A stretch of 64,000 nucleotides of DNA from Minisyncoccia bacterium (GTDB taxonomy: Bacteria; Patescibacteriota; Minisyncoccia; Phycocordibacterales; Phycocordibacteraceae), in assembly GCA_038912545.1 (NCBI GenBank), contig JBCLFD010000001.1, forward strand, positions 18,956 through 82,955, in the 5' to 3' direction. Shown piece after piece: positions 39,067 to 47,890 of the stretch. Both the position numbers and the translations under genes were made by a program. The notes under the pieces are model-generated. The model saw only the letters and a program-made list of their open reading frames with translations. It was not told the origin of the DNA and searched no databases. Every line of letters begins with the position of its first letter. The stretch's first letter is position 1.

Positions 39067-39612
39067 TTAATTAGAGAGCGAGAGTGCCGCTTTCAGCCGT
39101 GCCTCCTTCCCGCGTGTGGAGGGAGGGAGTGCGGAGAGCGCGCGGCGCGCCTCGCGCTCGGTGTAGCCGAGCGCGACAAGTGTATCAAACACTTCACCGT
39201 CGGCATTGTCGTGTGCGGCGTCGCCCACCTTTTCAGAGAGTTCCACCAGCATCTTCTCGGCGCTCTTCTTGCCGAGCCCGACAACCTTGGTGAGATATTC
39301 CAAATCGCGCTTTCCAATCGCTCCCTCGAGCGCCTCGCGCGGCGCTCGGCGCAAGACCGAGAGCGCCGTCTTCGGTCCCACTCCCGAGACGGTGAGCATA
39401 AGCTCAAAGAAATCGCGGTCGGCGGTCGTGGTAAAGCCGTAGAGCTCCATACCGTCTTGGCGGACGACGAGGTGCGTCGCGAGCGTCGTCTCGTGTCCGA
39501 CGGTGAGGTCGTCGGTCGCGGTCATTCGCACTTCAAGACCGAGACCGGCGACTTCAATAACGGCGCTCGTCACTCCCGTCTCCAGCACCCTCCCACGTAT
39601 CTGCTGAATCAT
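39067..39612 (-). CDS. ruvA: Holliday junction protein RuvA
   Basis: MIQQIRG, LYGF, VSGVGPKTAL, GLGKKSAEK, LVALGY. Confidence 0.95.
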   Translation of the reverse strand: MIQQIRGRVLETGVTSAVIEVAGLGLEVRMTATDDLTVGHETTLATHLVVRQDGMELYGFTTTADRDFFELMLTVSGVGPKTALSVLRRAPREALEGAIGKRDLEYLTKVVGLGKKSAEKMLVELSEKVGDAAHDNADGEVFDTLVALGYTEREARRALSALPPSTRGKEARLKAALSLSN

Positions 39613-39666
39613 TCGCTTATGATACAGGTTTGCGAAGTTAGAACCAATACAGTAGTATGCGCTCAC

Positions 39667-39933
39667 ATGGCAATCACCAGTTCCGCGAAGAAGGCGATAC
39701 GCTCCTCGGCAAGGAAGCACGTCTTCAACCTGCGCCGTAAGAACGTGCTCACTGACACGACCAAGGCGTTTATGAAGGCACTTGTAGCGAAAGACATCGC
39801 TGGTGCGACGAAGATTCTCCCCACGGCGTATAAGGCAATAGATAAAGCCATGAAGACCGGAGTTATTAAAAAGAATACGGCGGCGCGCAAGAAGTCCCGC
39901 CTCGCCCTCTCCCTCAAACGCGCTCGCGCATAA
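39667..39933 (+). CDS. rpsT: 30S ribosomal protein S20
   Basis: SAKKAIR, IDKA.K.GVIKKNTAARKKSRL. Confidence 0.96.
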   Translation: MAITSSAKKAIRSSARKHVFNLRRKNVLTDTTKAFMKALVAKDIAGATKILPTAYKAIDKAMKTGVIKKNTAARKKSRLALSLKRARA

Positions 39934-39950
39934 CTTTTTCCAGAACGCAA

Positions 39951-39982
39951 AACGTCAATCGCCCGTAAGGGCGATTGACGTT
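39951..39982. terminator. Hairpin/terminator after rpsT
   Basis: AACGTCAATCGCCC-GTAA-GGGCGATTGACGTT. Confidence 0.6.
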
Positions 39983-40036
39983 ACTGTGCGTCAGGCATAG
40001 AGTGGCGGTTGGTTCTTTTATAGAAAGGGGTTCCAA

Positions 40037-40699
40037 GTGAAAAACGGACATTTCAAATCGTGTGTTACACCACATGACTGCTGGTGTGAGATGTGGCTGT
40101 ATGGAGGCGTACTTAGCCTCGGAGTTGGAGTCCTTATCGTACAGATTGTTGGAGGGCTTCTCTCGGGGAGTCTTGCCCTTCTTGCGGACTCCGGACATGT
40201 GGCGGTCGACAACCTCGTCCTCGTTGGTGTCCTCGTCATCGCCTACTTAGTGAAGAAGTACCGACACCAAGAGAAGATGATTAGGATGTGGGGTGGCTAT
40301 GCTAATGCGTTTCTTATGCTCGGCATCGGTGTGTGGGTGTTGGTAGAAGCCATCGACCGATGGCAGTACCCTCTGCCTATCCAGAGTCCAACACTCATTG
40401 TGTTCGCGACACTTGGAGGATTTGGTAACTGGTTACAGTACTCGCTACTTGCCACATTAGCATCCGCCCGGCATACGGTGACCAGCAAGAGCGCACGGCT
40501 ACACGTTCTGTCAGATCTGTGGCAAAGCGTAGCGGTAGTTATTGGCGGTGTGGTTGTGTATGTGACGGACTGGTCGAGGGTCGACACGGTACTGTCTTTC
40601 ATCATTAGTGCCGTCATGTTCTATTGGGCCGGCCAGATCTTCTGGTGGAGCAAGAAGGGAGTTCTTTCTGCGGGGCATCATGGGCACCATCACCACTAG
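40037..40699 (+). CDS. Cation diffusion facilitator (CzcD/ZitB-like), TM domain only
   Basis: SLALLADSGHVAVD, LHVLSD; His-rich tail. Confidence 0.85.
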   Translation: MKNGHFKSCVTPHDCWCEMWLYGGVLSLGVGVLIVQIVGGLLSGSLALLADSGHVAVDNLVLVGVLVIAYLVKKYRHQEKMIRMWGGYANAFLMLGIGVWVLVEAIDRWQYPLPIQSPTLIVFATLGGFGNWLQYSLLATLASARHTVTSKSARLHVLSDLWQSVAVVIGGVVVYVTDWSRVDTVLSFIISAVMFYWAGQIFWWSKKGVLSAGHHGHHHH

Positions 40700-40784
40700 C
40701 ACCTGTGTGCATTTGAGACCGGACTTGTTCCGGTCTCTTTTTATACTACTTTTGTACGCGCACTACGAAGCTTTAGCGAAGTAG

Positions 40785-40856
40785 TGCTCTCGGTCAGAAT
40801 CGAACTGACATTGGCCCCTTCGGAGGGGGCTATCCTATCCGTTGAATGACGAGAGC
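40785..40856 (-). tRNA. tRNA-Arg(CCG)
   Basis: GCTCTCG acceptor, GCCCC-CTCCGAA-GGGGC anticodon arm, TTCGA. Confidence 0.92.
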
Positions 40857-40939
40857 ATTCTTTCTCCATATTACTCCTCATTAGATTTGGCACAGGCGGG
40901 GAGCCGCATTGGTGCTTGCCCCGTAGCTAACGCGAAGCG

Positions 40940-41488
40940 TTATGGTACTGGGGACAATGCATTCTTGATTTTTTCTTTAACTTGTATAGGAACGTCTTTA
41001 TCCTCAGCAAGTTTTGTGAAAAATGGATATAGGTAACGCCGATTATTTTTTGAGATTAGCAACTGAAAAAATTTATCTGTATAGAAATATGTGTCAGAAG
41101 CATCAAAATCATACATTACAAGTTTTGAAACATTGATATCATCGTAATCATTGATAGAAATCCAACCAATTTTACTCCCATATTTTATACCGGTCGCCCT
41201 GCTGAAAAAACAGCCCGCGGGGCAATCTCGAGCCTCGCCATAATTTATTTTAAAAACTTTCAGATTTTGTGTCGGAACATTGACAAGAATATTAACCCGT
41301 TGACTTTTGGGGAAATCAGCACTTTTAACAAAATTATTAATAACATCGTCGGAACCTATAGATGCTAGAAAATATGGCAAAATTATGTCTCCCTGTTTTT
41401 GTATAAAAATATAACCAACCACACCAAGAATGATAATGATTATTCCAATCAAAATTATATTCACAAATCCTTTTTGATTTATTTTCAT
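40940..41488 (-). CDS. AT-rich hypothetical membrane-anchored protein (prepilin-like QKGF N-terminus)
   Basis: MKINQKGFVNIILIGIII; G..RDCPAGCF motif; lies between two tRNA-Arg genes. Confidence 0.65.
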   Translation of the reverse strand: MKINQKGFVNIILIGIIIIILGVVGYIFIQKQGDIILPYFLASIGSDDVINNFVKSADFPKSQRVNILVNVPTQNLKVFKINYGEARDCPAGCFFSRATGIKYGSKIGWISINDYDDINVSKLVMYDFDASDTYFYTDKFFQLLISKNNRRYLYPFFTKLAEDKDVPIQVKEKIKNALSPVP

Positions 41489-41597
41489 AGATTTATTAGT
41501 TATAATTTTCGACTTTATGATTAAAAAATTTTCTTCCCCCAAAATTAAAATACGGTTCAAGCCGATGTTTCCCGAGCCTATTCTACCATATCCTATT

Positions 41598-41672
41598 TGG
41601 TGCTCTCGACAGGAATCGAACCTGTATTGGTAGCTCCGCAAGCTACTGTCCTATCCGTTGAACGACGAGAGC
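41598..41672 (-). tRNA. tRNA-Arg(GCG)
   Basis: GTAGC-TTGCGGA-GCTAC anticodon arm, encoded CCA. Confidence 0.9.
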
Positions 41673-41705
41673 AATATCGTGACTCTACCGTGTCTGCTCA
41701 TTTTT

Positions 41706-42179
41706 TCAAAACCCGACCCACGCGGCGACGACGTCCGACATCGCGTGGTGGTGTTCGCCCTCATCTACTTTCTCTAAGAAGTATTCGTACACCGCGTCTG
41801 CGTCCACACCGTCAAGCGGTATCATCAAGTGTGGCGAGAGCCAGCTGTCAGTTTTGATAGAAAGAAGAGGAGGAAGCCGGTCCTCAATATCTTCAAGTGC
41901 TGAGAATGAGGTCATCCGCTCAAAAGGGTGGAGCTCTTCGCCAATCATCAATCCTTGTTCAATGATGCGAAAGGTGTGGGTCGGCGGATGCTTCGTGCTG
42001 TGAAGCGCGATAACGACCGTCGCGATGACGATGAGTACCGCGAAGAGATAGTTGCTGAATAAGATAGAAGCGATTGTCCCGGCGACCGCGATGATGCCGA
42101 GCGCCCAGTACCAGTCGGCGCTCTTCGGATTCGGGTCGTATTCTCTGCCTTCCCATTCAAAAAGGACCTTTTGAGCCAT
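41706..42179 (-). CDS. Conserved hypothetical membrane protein
   Basis: FEWEGREY...KSADWYW + two TMs + PH-like tail. Confidence 0.7.
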   Translation of the reverse strand: MAQKVLFEWEGREYDPNPKSADWYWALGIIAVAGTIASILFSNYLFAVLIVIATVVIALHSTKHPPTHTFRIIEQGLMIGEELHPFERMTSFSALEDIEDRLPPLLSIKTDSWLSPHLMIPLDGVDADAVYEYFLEKVDEGEHHHAMSDVVAAWVGF

Positions 42180-42234
42180 GGAAAAATGATAGCATAAAGA
42201 CAGAACAGCTTGTTGTGACGTCTTGCACAAGTCC

Positions 42235-42263
42235 TTGACAAAACAAGATGTTGGGTGTATACT
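42235..42263 (+). promoter_or_regulatory. Near-consensus sigma70 promoter
   Basis: TTGACA-17 nt-TATACT upstream of the 42321 ORF. Confidence 0.7.
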
Positions 42264-42320
42264 ATTCAAGTTAGCTTGTCCTTTTCACTCTGAATTACTT
42301 GGCTCAAGGAGGGCCCAAAT

Positions 42321-42752
42321 ATGTTCAAAACTATCATCGCTTTGTTGTTCGTCGCGTTTGTTGCGGCAGGTTGTGTGTCTGTGCCGGTCGATGATCGACC
42401 GGTGGTTGCGGGCTTGCATCTCGGCAAGAATATTTTGTCGAGACCACTTGCTGCTGATGCACGACTGCCTCGTGGCTGCACGTACGATAACGACGGGACA
42501 AAGTACGGTTCCGTGCTCTGCGAGCAGGCACGCGCACCGGTTCGACAATACGTCGAGACGCCCGTCTACGTAGCGCCGGTTTGCGGGCCGTATGGATGTC
42601 CCGTTGTGGCGCCCGCGTACTCGAGCGTACAGATCTGGCGCGGGGGATTTGCAGTTCAATCGGGGCCCATGTATGGGCCAATGTTCGGACCCGCATACGT
42701 TCCCGTTCGGCAGTGCAACATGTGGTGGCCGTACAACTGCTGGTACCGATAA
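42321..42752 (+). CDS. Cys/Pro/Tyr-rich putative lipoprotein
   Basis: AGGAGG SD, signal with VAAGC lipobox; downstream hairpin AAAGGGCATCC-GAT-GGATGCCCTTT. Confidence 0.7.
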   Translation: MFKTIIALLFVAFVAAGCVSVPVDDRPVVAGLHLGKNILSRPLAADARLPRGCTYDNDGTKYGSVLCEQARAPVRQYVETPVYVAPVCGPYGCPVVAPAYSSVQIWRGGFAVQSGPMYGPMFGPAYVPVRQCNMWWPYNCWYR

Positions 42753-42921
42753 AACTATCGCCCTCCGATAGTTCGCAACGCTAAAGGGCATCCGATGGAT
42801 GCCCTTTTTCTATTGTAGGATTGTGGTTGCCATATTTGACTTATTATCTCAATAATATCATTTTTCAGCTCACTAAACCATTGCATTAATTTTATACCTT
42901 GTGTATACTATAGTTATCACT

Positions 42922-43614
42922 ATGAAATCAACACAGCAACAAAATATGTTCGGTTTATCTAATAAACAGACTGGTTATTCTGTTTATAACGAGGATGCAA
43001 AAAAACGAGCAAAGCAAAATACACTCTCGGAACTTTATCCTAAATTGCCGAACAAAAAATTTGATGTAATTTATGCTGATCCACCTTGGGATTATAATGG
43101 TAAGTTGCAATTTGATAAAAGTAGTACAAATGTAGAAAATCTGGATTTGTCGCGGAAGATATTTATCAGTTCGGCTTCATTTAAATATCCGACACTAAAA
43201 ACAACTGAACTAATGAAATTACCTGTTCAAGAAATTGCAAAAGGTGATTGCTTATTATTCATGTGGACATCAAATCCACATTTGGCTCAAGCGATAGAAC
43301 TTGGTAATGCCTGGGGTTTTGATTATAAAACTGTTGCTTTTGTTTGGGATAAAATGAATCACAATCCTGGGCAATACACACTTTCAAATTGTGAGATATG
43401 TCTAGTATTCAAAAGAGGCAAGATACCAAGACCACGCGGAGCAAGAAATATAAAACAGTTGGTTAGAAGTCCGAGAAAAAAACACAGCGAGAAACCAATG
43501 GAGGTAATTCAAGCAATAGAAAAAATGTTTCCTAATCAAGAACGCATCGAATTATTTGCAAGACGAAAAACGGACGGTTGGTCAGTTTGGGGATTAGATG
43601 TGTTTAACGAGTAA
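42922..43614 (+). CDS. MT-A70 family adenine DNA methyltransferase (M.MunI-like)
   Basis: YADPPW, CLLFMW, WGFDYKT..F.W.K, HSEKP, RIELFAR. Confidence 0.9.
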   Translation: MKSTQQQNMFGLSNKQTGYSVYNEDAKKRAKQNTLSELYPKLPNKKFDVIYADPPWDYNGKLQFDKSSTNVENLDLSRKIFISSASFKYPTLKTTELMKLPVQEIAKGDCLLFMWTSNPHLAQAIELGNAWGFDYKTVAFVWDKMNHNPGQYTLSNCEICLVFKRGKIPRPRGARNIKQLVRSPRKKHSEKPMEVIQAIEKMFPNQERIELFARRKTDGWSVWGLDVFNE

Positions 43615-43624
43615 AACAAATAGT

Positions 43625-44221
43625 CTACATCAGCAAACGCTTCAATTTCTTATTGAAATGGTCAACTAGAGATTTTCCATTTAACGAATTACTCCACATA
43701 AAGAAATGGCCAGAATGGCCTGTATACCAACAGTGAATTTCTCTTACTCTTTTTGGATCTCTAGCAATATCACCTTGAAATACGACCCAAAAAGGTAAAA
43801 CATTCTGACCAAGTTTTCCTTGTTCTCTTAATATCTTCAATAGACCCGGGGTAAAAAACTTATTGGATCTTTCATGGGCATTTCCTCTACCAGCTTTTCT
43901 TGGCTTTCCTTCTACCCACCCGTCTTGTCTTTTAACTTCCACATAAAGAGTCTTTTTAGTCTTTAGATTATCAATAGCAAAATCTGGCACTACTCCATGA
44001 ACCCAAGTTTCGTTCGGATTATAAATTGCAGATAAAGTTTCTTTGCTGAGTTTTATTTTTGAATAGATATCTTTGAATTCTCGTGGTTTAGAACGAACTC
44101 TAAAATCGGTACCCTTGAATTCTTTTGAGAGTATTTCATAAAAATTTTTCTCAGCAATCCCAGCCTTACCTCCGCTAGCATTTTGCCAATTCTCTCTTTT
44201 TCGTAATGCTTTTGTTCCCAT
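43625..44221 (-). CDS. Type II restriction endonuclease, MunI-like
   Basis: R.NWQ...G..A..AE N-terminus, PD...EVKRQDGWVEG, GRGNAHER, as I recall for MunI (CAATTG). Confidence 0.82.
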   Translation of the reverse strand: MGTKALRKRENWQNASGGKAGIAEKNFYEILSKEFKGTDFRVRSKPREFKDIYSKIKLSKETLSAIYNPNETWVHGVVPDFAIDNLKTKKTLYVEVKRQDGWVEGKPRKAGRGNAHERSNKFFTPGLLKILREQGKLGQNVLPFWVVFQGDIARDPKRVREIHCWYTGHSGHFFMWSNSLNGKSLVDHFNKKLKRLLM

Positions 44222-44225
44222 AAAT

Positions 44226-44444
44226 TTATTTTTCAAAAATCATTAGTTTATCAAGTGAGATCTCAAGAGCTTTAGCAATTTTTTCTATGTTTTGGAGTGT
44301 GATATTTTTTTCTGCACGCTCAATCATTCCAACATAGGTTCGATGGACACCTGCTCGTGAAGCTAATTCTTCCTGAGACAAATCTAAGGATAATCGTTTT
44401 TCGCGTACTTTATTTCCAAACTTTACCAACACATCTTTTTTCAT
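44226..44444 (-). CDS. RM controller (C) protein, XRE HTH
   Basis: FG.KVRE.R....LSQEELA..AGVHRTYVGMIERAEKNITL; upstream of the REase. Confidence 0.9.
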   Translation of the reverse strand: MKKDVLVKFGNKVREKRLSLDLSQEELASRAGVHRTYVGMIERAEKNITLQNIEKIAKALEISLDKLMIFEK

Positions 44445-44574
44445 AATGATAACTATAGTATATGCTCTTGCTAATTTAAGCTCTACATACTACAGTTAGC
44501 ATATATGTTAATCTAATTATTAGACGACGCTTCGCGCCGACCCCATTTCGGCTTCCAATTCCGATTTCCAATTT

Positions 44575-44661
44575 TGGCGGAAGGGGTGGGACTCGAACCC
44601 ACAAGGGCTTGTGACCCGCCAGTTTTCAAGACTGGTTCCTTACCATTCGGAGCACCCTTCC
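44575..44661 (-). tRNA. tRNA-Ser(TGA)
   Basis: CCAGT-CTTGAAA-ACTGG, long variable arm, CCA. Confidence 0.93.
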
Positions 44662-44690
44662 AAGTAGTAATTGTACGCTACACTTATACC

Positions 44691-45104
44691 ATGAGATATC
44701 TCGGTATTGACTATGGGAGCCAAAAAGTCGGCCTCGCGCTCTCGGACGAAACGGGAGTTATGGGCTTCCCGCACAGCATCGTCCCGAACACCCCTCGGCT
44801 TGTTGATGATGTGTGCAAGCTTATTGCTAAAGAGAATGTTGGCGCGGTAGTGATAGGGGAGTCACGAACGCTCGCGGGCGGAGAAAATGCGATTGCCAAA
44901 GACGCGGTCGCGTTCGGCGACCTACTCGCCGAACGCGCGGGCGTGCCGATTTTTTACGAATCAGAAGTATTCACGACGGCAGAAGCGCGTCGCCAGCATG
45001 AACCGAGCGGGAAAACGCGCGCACCTAAAAAACATGTAAACGTGGACGATTCCGCCGCCGCGCTTATTTTAACGAGTTATCTCGCGCGGGCGCGCTATAC
45101 TTAA
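44691..45104 (+). CDS. ruvX: YqgF/RuvX family nuclease
   Basis: YLGIDYG..KVGLALSD, E.FTT.EA, DDSAAALIL..YL. Confidence 0.92.
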   Translation: MRYLGIDYGSQKVGLALSDETGVMGFPHSIVPNTPRLVDDVCKLIAKENVGAVVIGESRTLAGGENAIAKDAVAFGDLLAERAGVPIFYESEVFTTAEARRQHEPSGKTRAPKKHVNVDDSAAALILTSYLARARYT

Positions 45105-45108
45105 ATGC

Positions 45109-46206
45109 ATGACCGTCGCTTTCGGTGAACTGATACGCACGGCGTTTGAGCCCCCGCGTTATTTGTCGTTCCCGTTTTCTGGAATTGACCTCTCAACGAG
45201 CGGGGTGAAAGTTGTGCGGTTGAAAGAAACGATGCATGGATTCATCCTCGCGAACTATGCGCAGACGCGCATGCCGGTAGGCGCATATGTGAACGGCGAC
45301 ATCGTTGACCACGCGGGTATTGTTGATGCGGTGAAAACGACATGCAAGAAGGCCGACGTCACAAAAGCGAATGCAACACTCCCTGAATCCAAGTCATATC
45401 TCTTTGAGACCGAGGCCGTCGGAACGGGGAAATCACAGTGGCGCATCGCCGTAGAACAGCACATTGATGAATTCGTACCTCTCCCGCCCCAAGAAATCGC
45501 TTTTGACATTGTCGACGTCGGACGAACGAAGGATGGCAATACGCAGATTGCGGGCGTTGGCTTCGCTCGCCGTGTAGTGGGGGACATCCTTTCAGTATTT
45601 GACGATGCTCGTATCTCCATACGCGCACTTGAGGGCGAGGTCTTCGCTATCGCGCGGGCGCTCCTGCCACCGGGCGATGACTCTACCGTGCTCATTATTG
45701 ATGTCGGGAAAACGACGACAAAGGTTTCAATTGTGGAACGGCGTATCCCGCGCTTCGCGACCACGGTCGGCATCGGTGGCCACGCGCTCACACTCGCCGT
45801 ACAGAAATATTTCGGTGTCACCGAGATTGAGGCGCGGAAGGTGAAGGTAGAACACGGTATCGTTCCCGCTCCGGGGAATGAAGAATATCTCGCTGCGATG
45901 CTTTCCTCAGTTTCTGCCATTCGCGATGAGATTGTACGCCGGCTTGAGTACTGGCAGAGTCGCGCTGCTCTCACCGGACTCCATAAGCCCATTGAACGGG
46001 CAATTCTTGTTGGTGGGAACGCGTCGGTGCGCGGGCTCCCAGAATATTTGGAAGGCGCGCTCCACATTCCGGTGATAACCGGTGATGTATTCACCAATCT
46101 TGCATCGCGCGATCGGTGGGTGCCGGAGCTTGATTATACCGAGTCACTCGCGTACGCGACTGCCATCGGTCTCGCGCTCTACGACCGCAACCAACCCTAT
46201 GCGTAA
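45109..46206 (+). CDS. pilM: Type IV pilus assembly protein PilM
   Basis: GIDLS, IIDVGKTTT, LVGGNA..GL, YATAIGLAL (actin-like fold). Confidence 0.88.
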   Translation: MTVAFGELIRTAFEPPRYLSFPFSGIDLSTSGVKVVRLKETMHGFILANYAQTRMPVGAYVNGDIVDHAGIVDAVKTTCKKADVTKANATLPESKSYLFETEAVGTGKSQWRIAVEQHIDEFVPLPPQEIAFDIVDVGRTKDGNTQIAGVGFARRVVGDILSVFDDARISIRALEGEVFAIARALLPPGDDSTVLIIDVGKTTTKVSIVERRIPRFATTVGIGGHALTLAVQKYFGVTEIEARKVKVEHGIVPAPGNEEYLAAMLSSVSAIRDEIVRRLEYWQSRAALTGLHKPIERAILVGGNASVRGLPEYLEGALHIPVITGDVFTNLASRDRWVPELDYTESLAYATAIGLALYDRNQPYA

Positions 46207-46753
46207 CGGACTCACCAATCTCGTTCCGATTGAACGCCAGCGCATATTCTCACGCGACTATCTCCTACGGCTCGGTGTCGTGAGTGTCGTACTCGCGAAT
46301 GTGCTCGTCGTCGTGGCGGGAATTCTTCTTATACCGACCTATGTATATCTGGTGGCAACCACTGACGCCAAGACGATTCGTCTGGCGAACATCGAGACGG
46401 TACTCGCTTCTGGAGATGAAAAACAACTTTCTGATAGGCTCGCTGTGCTCGCGAACGATGCAGACATTTTAATCACGCTTCAGACACTGCCCTCAGCGAG
46501 CGCTACCGCGCGCGCACTGCTCGGCATCTCGCGTCCGGGCATCACGCTCACGGGGATTACGTATGCGCCCGCCGACGAGACGAAGAAGTGGGTCCTCGCG
46601 ATTACCGGCATTGCCGTCACGCGTGACGCACTCCGAAATTATCAACTCGCTCTTACGAGTGCTTCATTTTCGCGCGGAGCCGATCTACCGATCTCGGTGT
46701 ATGCGAAAGATTCAAATATTCCGTTTACAATCACCGTCACTCTTGCGCCATGA
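46199..46753 (+). CDS. PilN-like protein
   Basis: NL.P N-terminus + TM, ITG.A..R..L; coupled to pilM. Confidence 0.7.
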   Translation: MRNGLTNLVPIERQRIFSRDYLLRLGVVSVVLANVLVVVAGILLIPTYVYLVATTDAKTIRLANIETVLASGDEKQLSDRLAVLANDADILITLQTLPSASATARALLGISRPGITLTGITYAPADETKKWVLAITGIAVTRDALRNYQLALTSASFSRGADLPISVYAKDSNIPFTITVTLAP

Positions 46754-47277
46754 AAACATCACTCATTCATTTCAGCATCGCATTAATTGTTTTCATCACG
46801 ACATTCTCGGTCTACGGATTCTGGTACTCAGCCATCGCGAAGAAGAGCACCACCGTCGCAATGATGGAAAGTCAGATTAAAACGAAAACGGAAACGGCGA
46901 GCCGTATTGCGGCGGCGCGCGTAGCACTCGCCGACATTTTAGGAAGCGAAACGAAGATGCAGAATTATTTCGTTTCTGAAAGCGAGATTGTCGCATTTAT
47001 CAATGATCTAGAAGCGCGCGGACGCGCACAGGGGACACGTGTGGCAGTGCTCTCGGTCTCTACCGCGAGCGAGGACGGGCATCCGACGCTCACGCTCACG
47101 CTCAAGGTGATAGGAACTTTTGAAGCGGTCATGCGTACGCTCGGGTCAATTGAATATGCTCCCTACTATCTGCGCGTAGGGACGCTCTCCCTCGGTCTTG
47201 AAACAAAAGATGAGTGGCATGCCGACCTGTCCATTGTGGTTGGATCCACAGCGCCTCTTGCAATCGCGGTCCCATAA
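46750..47277 (+). CDS. PilO-like protein
   Basis: TM + coiled coil, G.F...M..L..IE..P; operon position. Confidence 0.68.
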   Translation: MKTSLIHFSIALIVFITTFSVYGFWYSAIAKKSTTVAMMESQIKTKTETASRIAAARVALADILGSETKMQNYFVSESEIVAFINDLEARGRAQGTRVAVLSVSTASEDGHPTLTLTLKVIGTFEAVMRTLGSIEYAPYYLRVGTLSLGLETKDEWHADLSIVVGSTAPLAIAVP

Positions 47278-47283
47278 CTATCT

Positions 47284-47589
47284 ATGACTTTTGATTCTTT
47301 AAAAATATATCTGAAGAAAATGTTCTCTGGCGTGCGACTTGATCCGATGCGTGATTGGCTTGTCCTCATCACTCTTTCTGCGATGGTGCTTGCGGGTATT
47401 ATTGTGTGGAATGTATGGGCCTTTGATACGGTGGCCGACGGTGGGGTTATCGGAGGACAAGCGGCAAGCTCGCCACCACTCCTCAGCCAATCGTCCATTG
47501 ACCGCATTCATACGATTTTTACGAATCGCGCCGAGGAAGAATTGAAGTATCAGACCGGTGTGTATCGCTTCAGCGACCCTTCGCTTTAA
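47284..47589 (+). CDS. Small membrane protein at the end of the pilM operon (PilP-position)
   Basis: P.RDW + TM, C-terminal DPS. Confidence 0.6.
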   Translation: MTFDSLKIYLKKMFSGVRLDPMRDWLVLITLSAMVLAGIIVWNVWAFDTVADGGVIGGQAASSPPLLSQSSIDRIHTIFTNRAEEELKYQTGVYRFSDPSL

Positions 47590-47617
47590 TCAGTTAAATG
47601 CGCTAGATTTTCAGTAC

Positions 47618-47692
47618 GCCCTCATAGCACAATGGATAGTGCAAGAGACTTCTAAGCTCTTGATGTAGGTTCGATTCCTGCTGGGGGCACCA
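47618..47692 (+). tRNA. tRNA-Arg(TCT)
   Basis: Anticodon loop CTTCTAA, GGTTCGATTCC, CCA. Confidence 0.9.
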
Positions 47693-47890
47693 AGTGTAAA
47701 AAGTGAACTGCTTCACTTTTTTAAACATTGGTGCCAGCCGCAGCGATGTTTTGTGAGCGACCAAAATCTCTTGAGCGAAGCGATTAGAGATTGGAAGTAC
47801 TCTTGTGGTGCAAGCAAAACTGCGAGGCGGGGTCGCGAAAATTCAATTGCGACGGCAATTGAATTATTCGTGACCACCAACGAGCGAATG

